A stretch of 63,915 bases of DNA, counting the filler, from Reticulomyxa filosa (taxonomy: Eukaryota; Protista; Foraminifera), in NCBI GenBank assembly GCA_000512085.1. It is 19 parts of 19 records of this genome, joined end to end, with 100 filler letters (N's around TTAATTAATTAA, not from the genome) between each part and the next. Parts side by side here need not be neighbours in the genome. Positions count along the whole stretch, not along the records: positions 1 to 1,045 come from ASPP01016258.1; positions 1,146 to 3,158 come from ASPP01001506.1; positions 3,259 to 5,241 come from ASPP01042706.1; positions 5,342 to 10,883 come from ASPP01005637.1; positions 10,984 to 26,969 come from ASPP01004742.1; 14 more parts are not named here. One strand, written 5' to 3'. Below are positions 1 to 13,036 of this stretch, piece after piece. The notes beneath the pieces were generated by a model. It saw only the letters and a list, made by a program, of their open reading frames with translations, did no database searches and was not told the DNA's origin. Each line of letters starts with the position of its first letter. Within the stretch, counting starts at the first letter, position 1. The position numbers and the translations under genes are program-made.

Positions 1-1045
1 CACACTGATGACAATAGATGCGGAACAGAGTGGCGAAAAGGTCTGGCAGCCATCGATTTTGGATCATACTGGACAACATGGAGATGCCTTTGGAAGAAAT
101 CTTTTTGTTTTGGTCAATATAGATGAAGTGCAATTTGGTGGTGCGATGATGATCAAAGAAGAAGTTTTGAATGAAATGGCAAGTCTTATCGGTGATTTTG
201 GTATGGGACAACCTGAGCCATTCCAAGCGAGGGCATTGAATAGGTATGATTTCAAAGAGCAAAGGGATGAACTTGTCTGTGATGTTGTTATTGTAAGCGA
301 AAGAGATCATTTGCAACGAAGACGTTTGCAGACGACATCGCAGTCCATAGTCCAAAATGTAGTAAAACTCCAAGTCATTCAAATGGTTGTCTTCCACAAA
401 CAGCCAATCAATGGGATGCGACATTGAACTATATCGCAAGCAATTTGCAATTAAGCGAACCAATTCTTTTTTTTTCGATTTGTCAGGAGTTGCATTTTTG
501 CAAATCGATAAAGTTTCAATATCAGTTATCAACCTATATACATATATGTATATATGTATATATATATATATATATACGTATACATACATGTACATGTATG
601 TGTATATAGACTAATTTTATTTATAAATATAACTCCACTTCAGGAGACAAATGGGAATGTTGGACTACGTCGGGATAATGGATGAAGGAATAGAGAAAAT
701 ACAACTGCTCGTGTTTGGATAGTTGGTAGAATAGATTTTCATGCATGCAAAACATACTCATGATATCATCGGCGTAGTTTGGGGTTTGGATCCTCCCTTT
801 CCATTCCAATACGCATCGCTTGATGGTCTTGGTCTTGTGTTTTTCGAACCACTGAAACCACTGCTTGTTCACAGCGGATACAACTAGATGTTCGTATCCG
901 TGCAAGTACTCACCTACGCAGTGGATCATGACCACCTCAGTCAACGCGAGTGCGCCTAGTTCGTGTGCGTTGCTTGTGCTCTTCTTTTTCACTTTTGACA
1001 AATCCGGCGTTGTCGATGGTATTATTGTTGTTGTTGTTGTTGTTG
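1..1045 (-). CDS. Partial leucine-rich-repeat (RNI/F-box-LRR-like) protein, at least 2 exons, open at both contig ends
   Basis: ORF 621-1001 plus a manually translated exon (~533 to 1) after a TATATAG acceptor. It has LRR-like units LFVEDNHLND, ISFAYNNITD, LRLSHTKITD, IYIDQNKKIS. The intron contains (TA)n. Confidence 0.55.
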
Positions 1046-1145
1046 NNNNNNNNNNNNNNNNNNNNNNNNNNNNNNNNNNNNNNNNNNNNTTAATTAATTA
1101 ANNNNNNNNNNNNNNNNNNNNNNNNNNNNNNNNNNNNNNNNNNNN
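1046..1145. other. Artificial contig spacer (44N-TTAATTAATTAA-44N). It also starts at 3159, 5242, 10884, 26970, 28302, 29809, 32612, 34183, 35439, 41317, 44615, 46693, 48454, 51994, 53981, 60115 and 61791
   Basis: Identical 100-bp unit with a six-frame-stop linker, seen 18 times. Confidence 0.98.
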
Positions 1146-2593
1146 TGTAAAAACTGTACATAAGGTTGTCATCAGCGTTCATCATAGTGTATTCAATAGC
1201 TAATTCAAACACAGTTTCGGTCTTAGCACTTTGGAATAACTGTTCATTCAATTTCGTAATCTATTTTTGGTACTCTGACTAATAGACAATCTAAACATAC
1301 TTTCTTTTGTACTATTAAAGAAATATATTAGATAAGAAAAATAAATGAAATAAAAACTAAATGCTTAGAAGAAACTTTTAATTATTGAAATGATAAAAAT
1401 TAGATATAAAACGATTGAAATGAATTAGAAAAAAGATTGAACAAATGGAATGTACTTGATATATCAATTTTATTGTACGAATACTAAAATTTCAAAATGC
1501 ACCTAAAATTATATTTTGCATACTGCTGTAAAAAAAAGAGCAAATGTAATATTTTTTTTATTGTTTGTTTAATCTCAGCAAAAAAAGTTATGTAAGTAAT
1601 TCTTGAAAGAAATGCTTATGCATCTATTTATTAGCTGTTTAATTTAAATTACGTTTCTTTGAAGATTAGTCAAATTTCTTAGTTTATTCATATATATTTT
1701 CAATTCATTTTTAACTGTTATTAAATTGATTGATTTCCTATTTCAATTATTATTATTCTTTTGAAAAACATTGATGTAAGTAACTTTTTTTATCATAATG
1801 GACATGCTACAGAAAAAGAACAAACATATTACTATTTTCACTTTACATTTATTACAATTCTTTTTTTGAAACTTTTGCAAAGCAATTTATTCTTTTCAAA
1901 TATGTCTGATTTAAAAAAAAATAGATTTTTAGTTTTGTGACAACATCATTGCATGATAGAATGATAACATAATGAAATCCTTCGTAACAAATTGACAAAG
2001 CTGTGACACAACAAACAAAGATGGCAAATTTGTTGAATTTCTTTTAATTTGTAAGAAGATAAAAATAACTTTATTCACACAAAAAGTTTAACAAGGATGC
2101 AGATTTTCTTTTTTTTTCATGTCAATACTTGTTTTATTTAATTTTAAACAGGAATATCGTTATTATTCATGCTTTCGCTATTTAAAATAGTTGTAAGAAA
2201 GTAAACTGTTTATTTTTCTTTTTTTGACTAGAAACTTCGCAGGAATTGGTTTAACGAACAAACACTAATCAATATTTCTTTTTTCATTAAATATATTGTG
2301 TGAATTGTAAAATAGGTGTTTTGAAATAAATGATTTACTCAAACTTTGCAATAAAATAGAAATGGCTTGTTTAGTTTACCATTGATCGCTGTTTCTCGAA
2401 TTTAATTTTGCATTTTTATTTTTATACAGAAGTTGAAAACAGTTTGCCAACAACTATCCCATTCTACACAAAGTGTGGGTTAGTATTATGCTTAGTTTGT
2501 ACTGTATCTTCTTTAAGTTTTTCCTGAAAGGGGATTTTCACTGCATCTAAAAAAAATTATCAACTATTGGGACAGGGAAAAGGGGAAAAGAAA

Positions 2594-3158
2594 ATGTTGA
2601 GAATATTACCACAGAAAACATTAACAGGACTGCTTTTGCAGTATTTTGATAAATATTTGAAAGGGATAGAAGCGGACTTAAGACTCTCTTTGTGGGGAGG
2701 GGATGTAATATTGGAGAACGTGGAACTGCGTTTGAATGTATTGAATGAAGAGTTGAAAATGGGAGAAAACTTTGACAATCCATGGCAAATAACGAAAGGA
2801 TTTGTTCGTAAATTGGAAATCTCGATACCTTGGTCAAGAATCACATCTAGATCGGTAGAGATAAATATCAACGGTTTGGAATTGACAGTGAGTGCGTTGC
2901 ACAGTCGACAAAGTCGCAACGAGGGCTTATTAAAAAAGTCTCAAGTGCATCATCACACTACAATAATACGACGAGCCAACTCCAAGTCTGCAGACAACAC
3001 AGAGCACATGGAAGATGAAGACGAGGAGACAGACGACGTGGACGGAGATGACCACGAGCAAGATGAAGACGAGCTCGCAAATGATAAAACGGGGCGTTAT
3101 TCGTCATCAAAATCGAGCATCAATCCCAAAAAAAAAAAAAAATGGACGACAGCAATAA
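2594..3158 (+). CDS. VPS13: VPS13-family protein, N-terminal chorein domain (3' truncated by contig end)
   Basis: LLLQYFDKYLKGI..LRLSLWGGDVILENVELRL..KGFVRKLEISIPWSRI..VEININGLEL is the Chorein_N signature. Confidence 0.85.
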
Positions 3159-3258
3159 NNNNNNNNNNNNNNNNNNNNNNNNNNNNNNNNNNNNNNNNNN
3201 NNTTAATTAATTAANNNNNNNNNNNNNNNNNNNNNNNNNNNNNNNNNNNNNNNNNNNN

Positions 3259-5241
3259 ATTTTCAAAATATTGTCATAAGTCAACACATAATGTTCAAAT
3301 TCTCCTTTACACAATTCTTTTATTATTTCTCCCTTCTTTGCCTCTGGTACTCCTACTGCTTGACACAGTACTTTAATTCGATCCTCTTTTTCTTCGAGAA
3401 TCACTTCGTTGGATGGTATTTTCATCGTTGCTCCCTATTACGTTTGTAATTTACATTTATTTGTTTATTCGAAACAAATGTATTAACTGTTATCCATGCC
3501 GATAATTGTTGTAATTTGCCCATCTCTTCTTTCCAACAAAGTAGGACAAACTTTGCATTTTTCAAAAACTCACGCTCTTCATTATTCACGTCATTTTCAT
3601 TGGAAATCATCAATGAAATGGACCCTTTTTTACATCACATATCTTCAGTTTTTAAAAAAGAAATCAGCATTTTTTTTTTGAGATTCTAGTTACCGTCTTG
3701 GTTAATCAGAAAGAATTTGGAAGATTGCCATTTTTTGCATAAGCAAAACTGAGCATCTATCTCTTTGGCGCTCACATCCACACAAAAAAGTTCTTTGGCA
3801 ATTTCGATTGCATTTTTGGTTGCTTCGTGCTTGTATTGGATGGAATGATTGTGAACGAGTTTATTCGCAAGCAATTTGGAATCAACCAGAATTTTAAATT
3901 GTGTGAATAAAAACTTGAAGGATATGGTTTGGTGCAAAGGACTTCGCATTGATACGAATTGACTAAACAAAGATTTGAAATTATCTAAATCTGTATCAGG
4001 TAACTTAATTTTGTCTGGATTGATGTCAGGTGTCTCAGGGGGGGAATAAACAAATTTCATCATCTTCGACTTTACAAGTCTGTATGAAAAAGAGGGAAAA
4101 AAAGCAATAAAAGATTCAATGTAAAAAAATATTCAACAAAATTTCCACACTTTAAGTTTCCAGCTCGAAATTCTTTGATCCATTTAATACAATATTGTGC
4201 TTCTTCTCCAAATTGGAACGGATTATTGGTCTCGTTCACACTAATCGTTGGAAATTTTGATGTGGGAAACAAGGTGTATAAAACATCTTTTATCTTCTCT
4301 GAAAGTGAATCAAATTTGGATGGAATTTCAATGAAGAATGCCATATTTGGATTCACATGGAAACTGCAACCATCAGTGTCAATGTGTTGCAAATACAACA
4401 ATTGGAATAAGAAGTCATTCATCTCTTTGCCCACACAAGATGAGATATCCAAATGATACACCACCAAATCATCTTTACTTCTCTTTTTCTTTGTTACTAT
4501 TTCTTGATCATCCACTTTCGAATCGTTATTGAATTGACATGGATGATGTTGCCAAAATTTATTAATAGTAGAATCCCAATCAATTGTACTACTGTTAAAT
4601 CTCACATAAATCCTTTCTAATTTTTCTTCTTTCTCAATATTATGTTTAATTTTCCATGTCTTTCCCATTCCAACATCCTCTGACATGTACAATTGAACAA
4701 ACGGCTTTCGATTGATTCTTTCCGTTAAAAACGACTTCCATTTTTTCATATACAAAGAATCTTCCATGTTTAATAAAGCTATGACTTCCTTGCATTCGAA
4801 TTGTTGTAAAGTGACTGCTACCTCATTTTCTCTATAGGAAGAGAAAATCACAAATAAATACGGATGCATTTGTCGCAATTCGGATTGACTTAATAACATG
4901 TGTTGCAAAAGCTTGACTACTTTGGCCGAAGTTCTCTTTGTCAATTTTTCAGGCCAAACTAAACAATACAATGGTGTTCGCGCATTTTGTTTGTTGTCCT
5001 TTTTGGTGCACAATAATGTTCGCAATAGCAAACATTCAACTTCTTCTTCAGTTGTTGTTTCTTTGCATATTAACACATGTTCTGATCGTGGAATCATTCC
5101 AAGCAATTTATACAAATTCGAGACTTTGGCAAATCCTTTCTCGTATTCAATTACCAAATTTGGTTTGCCTCGACATAATGGACTTACTTGTGCAGAACAA
5201 TTAGGTGCAGTTTCATTGTTTTTTGAATTGATCAAAATTTT
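3259..5241 (-). pseudogene. RNF213/mysterin-like AAA+ ATPase fragment, with an intron and frameshifts (pseudogene or homopolymer errors)
   Basis: PNLVI, EHVLICKETTTEEEVECLLLR, VGMGKT (Walker A), YHLDISS, FLFQLL..FFIEIP and YVLTYDNILK occur in RNF213 order. Frame breaks near 4040 and 3422. Confidence 0.75.
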
Positions 5242-5773
5242 NNNNNNNNNNNNNNNNNNNNNNNNNNNNNNNNNNNNNNNNNNNNTTAATTAATTAANNN
5301 NNNNNNNNNNNNNNNNNNNNNNNNNNNNNNNNNNNNNNNNNCGTATTACATTTAGTACAACCTCTTCCAGCTGACGTCCCACACTTAGAAGAATTGTAAT
5401 TTTGTACGAATTCAATTTAGGGCTATTTTTTGCCAATTGAGCAATACAACATTCGATATACTTGTTGAAACTTTTTTTAAATTTCACTTGTGCTTGTCAC
5501 ATCACCCAAATTTTTTCATGATTTTTTTCCTAGGTTAAGAGCAATATTAGTTAGCGAAATTTATGATAAAGATCACTTAAAATAAAATTGGGCCAGGCCT
5601 TAGTGAAGGCCCTCCCCTAGCTTTACTTCAAAAAAAATCAAAACGCAAATTTTTTTGATTTTGATAATTTCATTTTAAAAATAACCCAATAATGCGGGTA
5701 ATGTTGAAAAATAATCACAGTTAAATCACCCAAATTAACTTTTACCTCTGATACAAACATAAAAACACCAAGT

Positions 5774-7393
5774 TTAATTGACTGTCTTGACTTCAATTGT
5801 GAAGGTCAAATCTGTGTTTGGTGGGATATCAGGTTCGGATCCCTCTTCACCGTAGCCCAATTTCGCGGGAATCAACAGTCTTCTTTTGCCACCAACTTTC
5901 ATTCCAAGCAATCCTTTTTCCCATCCTTGAATGACTTCTCCTCCACCAACTTTAAATTCAAATCCTTCTCCGTCAATTAGTTTATCAAATACTTTTTTGT
6001 TTGGCAATTGTCCAACGTAAAAAACTGTCACTTTAGATCCTTTCTTAACAATCTACGAAAACACACAATGCATTTAATAAGGATATTTTTTTCCTTTTGT
6101 TTTATTGCTCAACTTTGCCGTCACCAACACGGAGATCTCTGAATTTCAACCCTTCAGGCCCTTTTTTCCATTCTTCTTCTTCTTTTTTTTTGTTGTCTTG
6201 GGCTGCTGGTTCTTTTCCTTTTGCAGGTTCTGCTTGCTCAGCTGCTTTTGGCTCCTCTTTTGCCTCAACAACTTCTGTTGGCTTTTCGTTTTTCTTTTCT
6301 GCTTGTTGATTTTTCTTTTCCGCTTGGTTTTTCTTTTTTTGGTTTTTGTTATTTTGATTGGATGCTTCCTTCTTTTCTACTGGTTTTTCTGCTGGTTTTT
6401 CTGCTGGCTTTTCCACTGGCTTTTCCGCTGCCTTTTCCGCTGCCTTTTCCGCTGGCTTTTCTACAGGTTTTTCTGCTGGCTTTTCCGCTTGTGCTGCAGG
6501 TTTTGCTTGCGGTGCGGGTTTGGTTTGTGTGGCAGGTTTGGCTTGTCCTTCTTTAACTTTTTGTTTTTTTGCTGCTGATTGAGTTGCTTCTTCATTTCCT
6601 CCCACTTCAGATAAATTGCGTTTGCGACCGGCGTTTCCTTGTCTAAAAAAAATTCACATTTTCAACAACCACGGAAAAACGGTTTTGCCTTTTACTTAAA
6701 AAGTGTAAACAAAAAAACAAACTTTTTTACAGCAGAGCTTTCTTCCATTTCAACATCGTCATCAACGTCTTCTATGTCGCTTCCGAGATCAAATGGGGCC
6801 TCGCCAATGAATTGGTCAGCTGGTGACAAATATCCGACCAAATAAACTGATGATGGTTTCTCACCAGAAACATTCAATTGAACGCTTTCTGTTGTATTGT
6901 TTGTGTCCAACAAACATGTGAAGAATACGTTTTTTCTTGATAGTTCTTGTCTTTTCAAAATGCGACTACCCGTGTCAAAAAAAAAAACACAACAAAATAC
7001 CTGAGATAACCAAGTTTAATTGATGGTTCTCATGGTTATTGGTTAACGTGCATATAACTCCTCTGTTGAATTTATTAGTGTCAGATGTGTCAATAAACAA
7101 ATAAAAGGGAATACACGAAGGAAAACTTACGGAGATTCGTCGTTCTCGTCAGATTGTTGGGTAATAGTCAAGGAAGTACGAGTGCCTTTGACAGAGTCAG
7201 GACCGAGACATGCATTGGTGATGCGGACAAAATATTCCTCTACATTGCTTACTACCAATGGTTCGCCAGGTTTCACTGTTCCTTTCCAGAACAAGTCAAT
7301 CGCGGTCTCTTCGGCGTCTTCAATCTCTTCTGACAAGATTTCTTCCTCAGGTTCTTCCTTTTGTTGTTGTGGTTTCTTGGATTTGCTGGCCAT
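5774..7393 (-). CDS. Nucleoplasmin-like-domain FKBP peptidyl-prolyl isomerase (FKBP39/Fpr3-4 type), multi-exon
   Basis: N-terminal NPL domain (FWKGTVKPG..ITNACLG..VYLVGY), acidic/basic linker with AEKP repeats, C-terminal FKBP (FEFKVGGGEVIQGWEKGLLGMKVGGKRRLLIPAKLGYG..IPPNTDLTF). Confidence 0.9.
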
Positions 7394-7896
7394 GATATTT
7401 TCTTGTTAATGAGCAACAAGGAACGATGAAAATAGTATTAAAACTTAAAAAATTTGGGCAAGCAGAGAAAAATTCTAGAAACCTGTAATCGTAATATGTC
7501 GCAGATCAACCACTTGACTCTTTATCAATAGTTAAGGAAGTATCAGGAGGCAAGTCTAGACAAATTATTTTATAATTGTTTAATTTTAATTATAGATGCA
7601 AGTTAATTTTTCAAAATAGTAGTTATTGTAAAATTCTATTTTATGTTGTGGGAAAATTGTATGTTAACGTTGTGGAATTGGAAATTTGAATATTTTTATT
7701 TTTTTACGCAATTTACTGACACAACATTTTGAAAAACAAACGCATGATATGAGCAAAATTGTACAAAGAGATTAAAGCGTATGTACTGTTTTTTCGTCTT
7801 CAAAAACTTTAGTCGTCAAGTTCTCTTACAAAAGAAAAAAAGATTAAAATTTTTTGATTATATCTATCGATATTCTTGTAATTCTTTTCAGCTCCA

Positions 7897-8862
7897 ATGG
7901 CGGCAACTCAAGGAATTTTTGAGCCCACACAATCCAAATATATTAGAAAGCGCAATCCAAGTACAGACCAAGGATCAATAGAGGAAAACGAAGTGCGAAT
8001 AACCACCCAAGTTAAGTGCAGCACATAAGAGAGTTTGTTTCCGCAAAGAAAGAAAATAGTTGAAATGTGAAAAAAATGAAAAATATGTGTAAAGGGAAGG
8101 GTGAAACGTTATGCGGACTATGCTGTACGTTTACTGAACGGTCCTCAAGAAAGAGAGAAGGAAGCTGACACACAAGACGGAAAAACACCCAATGACAATG
8201 AAAACACGGAGAGGACGGGCCCAACGAAGCAATTTGACACAATAGTATTAAAGGCTACCGGCAGAGCAATTTATAGTGCAGTGACAACGGCAGAAGTGGT
8301 GAAGCGAAAAGTCGCAAATCTTTATCAAATGACAAAATTAGATACGTTGGAAATGACCGATATTTGGGAACCTCAAGAAGAGGGACTAAAGGAAGTCAAA
8401 ACGACGCGCAGAGTGGCGAGCATTTGCATCATATTGTCACGCGATCAATCAGAGTTGGAGATCAATGCAGTGGGTTACCAAGAGCCCATTCCCGCGGAGA
8501 GCGTAGGAGGACCAACCATTGGCAAAGGCAATCGAGGTCGTAGTCGCAATCGCGGAGGAGGGCGTGGAGGGGTAGGAGGATCTGGCTTCCGAGGAAATGC
8601 ACCTTCTGAATCCCGAAATTTTGGGCGTGCTCCAGGATACCGTGGCCGTCGACATGAATTTGGCAACAATCAAGAGAGAGACTTCCAGTCCAACCGAAGA
8701 TTTGGTGGTGGTGGTGGTTACAATCGCGGACCTGGTCGCGATCAAAGTGGTGGCTCCCGTCCTCGTGGAAATAACCAGAACTTTGGTAACAACCAGAACT
8801 TTGGTAACCAGAACTTTGGTAACCAGAACTTTGGTAACAACCGACAACAGAACAGAAGATAA
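7897..8862 (+). CDS. Alba-domain (Rpp25-like) RNA-binding protein with RGG tail; exons 7897-8010 and 8095-8862
   Basis: ENEVRITTQ|GRVKRY..IVLKATGRAI..TAEVVKRK..DIWEPQEEGL..RRVASICIILS, then RGG boxes and NQNFG repeats. GT..AG intron at 8011-8094. Confidence 0.88.
8770..8838 (+). repeat. Coding tandem repeat AACCAGAACTTTGGT x4 (NQNFG)
   Basis: Directly visible 15/18-bp units. Confidence 0.9.
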
Positions 8863-10016
8863 TTCCATTCCCGGCATTGTTCAACAGCAGTGGTTGCTTG
8901 TTCCTTTTCAGAACTGCTTGAGTAGTCAAACTTTGTTAAAAAAAGCAAAAAAAACAAATTTTCGTGACGGGAGAGAAAAGGCACTTTTCTTTGGAAAAAC
9001 TCAAGAGCTTCTTTGATTATGCAAGCAAAGAAATAAAACAAACACATAAGTTTGATTTAATAAATAAAAAATAATTGCTCAGTTATGGGTCATCCCAATG
9101 AGCTTTCTTTTTTCCCCTTACAATTTTTTTGGTAGCAATCTTTTCCAATTTAAAATTTTTTAAAAATATCTGTTATTCACATATATAAATTTGAAGAGTT
9201 CTGCACACCACTAAAAGCAGCTAAAGATCTTTTCTTATTATAAATGACGGCATAATTTATAATCTTTCTTACTAACATAATAAGTTAATTATCATTAAAA
9301 ACATTATTTTATTTGCCTTTTTAACAAAACTAGTGTTATACCTCTTGAGTGTTTCACCTTTGTTAAAACTAAAAAGCAGGAAAAATATTTTCAAAACATG
9401 TATTCCTTTTTATTTTATAACAAACTAAATTTCAGTCAAAAAGAGGCAAGATGGCAACTTAAATATAATAATTTTTTTTTTATTTACTTAATACTACACG
9501 TTTGTTCAACAACTAAAAAATAAACGTTTTTTCAAAATTTTTTTAACATCATAAAATTCATTTTATTTTTCGACATTTTTTGATTTTATTTTGATTTGTT
9601 TACGCTGTAGTGCTGTAAAAAATAATCAATATGTCTGTAATTGACAAAAAAAAAATTTTCAACGTAATCATTGTGCTATTTTAAAAAAAAAATTGAGAGA
9701 TACTGGGTTCCAGCAAGCTTATATCGATATATATGTGCAGTAAAGTTTGATTTTTGTTTATATATAAGCGAAGAAAATTTCCAGAACAGTCTTTAACTGA
9801 GCCGGAATAGTTCATAGTATAGTGCTTTCGTCAAACTAGAGCGAAAATATCGATATATGTCTGCATATCTCTGGAACGCTATCGGAACAGCCAAGAACAA
9901 TATCGGAACAATATATAATATATTAGAATATATTTGGAACGTGTTTTAGTACTCGGTGGATATAATGACATCAAATAATTCTCAGTTTATGATGTCAGTG
10001 TACAACTAATGATGGC

Positions 10017-10860
10017 ATGTATCAAGTATATCAACACAATATTAAAAGGCAAAAGATTGAACCTAAAGTACATCAATTAGAAAAAATAGTTGAAAATAAT
10101 GAAGAAGATGAAAGAGCAGATAAAGGAAATGATACACAATGCAATTTAAATGAAGAAAAAAATAATGATGAAGTAAATGAAATAATGTTTGGAAAAAAAG
10201 CAGAAAAATCAGACGACAATATTTTTGCAATAATTTTCCAACATTAGTAACTACTCTGTCAAATGAAAGATGTTGATATCTGCATCATCTTTAATTCGTT
10301 TTGTGAATATAGACTCAAAGTATATCAGACCAAAAATAAAAGCACATACACAATCAAAAAGTTGGAAAACTCTTTATGTTCATTTGTCCAAAAGTGTTCA
10401 AAATTCAGATCTAGAAGAAATTTTCAATCGATTTAATGACATGCACAGTAAAGAACTTGTTCAAAATTTTCTAAAGATGACAATGAATTGCAATTTATAA
10501 CACCAAAATGCTGCATATTTCAAAAATCATATCAAGAAGAAGCAAAAAAGAAGAGGATTGAAGATGTGAACAATCCAAATGTGAATCGTTATGTTCTCAT
10601 TAAAAATATAAACATACTTGAATCTGAAAAAAGAATTAAAATCGTGAAACAATTAACAAAATTTGTAGTGGCAACAAGAATGAAGCTATAATTGAAAAGC
10701 CAATCAAACAACAAAAACAAGACATGCAAAATACATAAAACTTGTATTGGACAATGATAACCCGTAAGTGGCCAACATTTGCACCAATCTCAAGCAAAAA
10801 CAGCGAAAGTAGTCAAAACTAGAATCGACAACTAACTACAGTAGGTTGCAAAGAAAACTG
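10017..10860 (+). pseudogene. Degenerate RRM/gag-like ORF relic
   Basis: Broken ORFs with RRM-like TLYVHLSKSVQNSDLEEIFNRF and downstream Cys/His remnants; many frameshifts. Confidence 0.3.
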
Positions 10861-11137
10861 AACGCCTAAAACGATATCTTATGNNNNNNNNNNNNNNNNN
10901 NNNNNNNNNNNNNNNNNNNNNNNNNNNTTAATTAATTAANNNNNNNNNNNNNNNNNNNNNNNNNNNNNNNNNNNNNNNNNNNNATATTACCCATATACAT
11001 ATATTAAATTGTGTAGTTATATATTACTATAAACACTGATTATTGTATGCTAGTAATCTAAAATACATAAGCGATTTAAAGTTAAAATAAGGAATAAAAA
11101 AGCTTATAAAAGGATAGAAATATTTAAAAGTAATTAC

Positions 11138-11671
11138 ATGAACGACGATAATAAAAAAGTTAATAATGCTCATGATACATTCTTTAGACAATCCTTGAGT
11201 CATAAACAAGTAGCAAGAGAATTCTTTGAAAAACATTTACCAAGATACGTACTCAACGTAATAGACCTGAACACTTTAAAACCAGAAAAAGATACACTTT
11301 CTGATCCCGGAGTTGGTGGTGGCGCAGTTGATGTACTATTCTCAGCAAAGTTTAACGGACAAGACGGATATTTGATGTTGCTTACAGAACATCAAACAAC
11401 TGTTGATTACTTTATGGCCTTGCGTCTTATAAAGTACAAATTGATGATTTGGGAAAGATATCGTGCAGAAAATCCCAAAAGTAAAAAGCTGCCACTTATC
11501 TATGCCTTTGTTTATTACACTGGCAAGCAACAATACACTGCCCCAGTTGATTTCTTTGAACTGTTTGATCAGCCACTTTTGGCTAAAATGTTTCTGACAG
11601 AGCCTTTTAATCTTGTTGATCTGCACAGGACTCCGGACGAAAAGATACTTTCTAACGTCAGTAATGGATAA
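11138..11671 (+). pseudogene. Rpn/YhgA-like recombination-promoting nuclease (putative transposase), 3' truncated by IS982
   Basis: HDTFFRQSLS..AREFFEKHLP..DVLFS..GYLMLLTEHQT..MALRL..LPLI..YTG..F.LVDL. The ORF ends inside the IS982 left end. Confidence 0.88.
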
Positions 11672-12526
11672 GAGAATAGAAAAATAATAGGCTAAGTTGT
11701 GTGAAACAATGAACTCGAGCCTATTAATATGACTATAAAAGATATAATTGCCTTATACTGTTGTCTAGACGATTTTGCTAAATCTACAAAGAATGGGAAA
11801 AGCATCGACAAATACCCTCTTTTGGTAAGAAGCAAAGAGACAGAAAAGGCAAGCTTAACTTAGGAGAGATGTTAACAATAATAGTGATGTTCCATTTGAG
11901 TGGCTTTAGAGACTTTAAAAACTTTTATCTTTACGGGATTAAGCATAAATACCAGGATTGTTTTAAAGAGCTGCCATGTTATGAACGATTTGTGCAGTTA
12001 ATGAAAACTCTATTTATCCCATTGTGCATATTGTTGCAAAGCCTAAAAGGTGAAAGAACTGGGATTTATGTAGTTGACTCAACTAGCTTAGCAGTATGCT
12101 CTAATCTTAGAATAAGAAGTAATAAAGTTTTTGCTGGACTAGCAGCACGAGGTAAAACTTCAACTGGTTGGTTTTATGGGTTCAAGATACATGTAGTAAC
12201 AAATGATAAAGGTGAACTTATGGCAGTAAAGATTACAAAAGCTAACACAGATGACAGGTCGGTATTAGACCAAATAACTTCTACACTTGTTGGGAAGATA
12301 TATGCTGACAAATGGTATATATCTAAAGATTTATTGCAGAAGTTATATATTAGAGGATTGCGTATATTTACTGGCATCAAACGCAATATGAGAAATTATC
12401 TTCTTCCACTGATTGATAAGATCCTACTCCGAAAAAGGTTTAACATAGAAGCCATTTTCCATATCATGAAAAACCACATGAACCTGGAGCATACAAGGCA
12501 TAGGTCTGTAACTAATTTCTTCATTA
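11655..12526 (+). mobile_element. IS982-family element; transposase frameshifted near its 5' end and cut at the 3' end by IS5
   Basis: MTIKDIIALYCCLDDFAK(fs)..EMLTIIVMFH..VDSTSLAVC..GWFYGFKIH..ADKWY (normally DKGY)..RKRFNIE. Putative left end ACGTCAGTAATGGATAAG at 11655. Confidence 0.85.
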
Positions 12527-13022
12527 GGGACTGTTAACAAACCTCCAATTTGATTAAAGCAAGAGCAATAAAACCCATGAAAGTGAGATTTAGCTTGTCT
12601 ACGCGCATAGCAAGGCGTCTGTTTTCTTTAATCTTCGAAAAAAGGTTTTCTATGCGGTGGCGCCACTTATAGACCGTTTTATCAAATCTAGGTTTTATTA
12701 TTCTATTTCTCTTCCTTGGTATTTCGGGCGCAATACCGACTTTTGTAAGCCAGCTTCTAATTTTATCAGTGTCATAACCTTTATCTCCAACAAATCTATC
12801 TACCACATGAACATTTAGTAAACTTAACATTTCATATGCAAGCTTCGAATCATGCACTTCAGCTCCCGTAACCTGAACGCATACCACATCTTCTTTGCCC
12901 ATAATGACATGTATCTTCGAGCCTTTACCTGATACATTCTTACCTATGCTTTGTTTCCCTCTTTTTTTTAGTGCTCCCAGACCATGTCTATGCGCTTTTA
13001 CTGTCGTTGAATCCATAAATAT
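12527..13022 (-). mobile_element. IS5-family transposase, C-terminal (DDE) part only; 5' part lost at the IS1595 boundary
   Basis: DSTTVKAH..KIHV..GDKGYD..YKWRHRIENLFSKIKENRRLAMRVDK. Terminal GGGACTGTTAACA follows TA. Confidence 0.85.
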
Positions 13023-13036
13023 CGGATTTATGCATT

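Noticed and set aside
1046-1145. Recurrent TTAATTAATTAA palindrome between N runs as a biological repeat or CRISPR-like array
   Set aside because: It is an identical artificial linker with stops in all six frames. ORFs ending in XXX-LIN are artefacts of it.
6097-6582. Plus-strand Phe/Leu/Cys-rich ORFs resembling membrane proteins
   Set aside because: They are antisense shadows of the Lys/Glu/Ala repeat linker of the FKBP gene.
8770-8838. Short direct repeats as a mini-CRISPR
   Set aside because: There are no unique spacers; the units are in-frame coding repeats (NQNFG).
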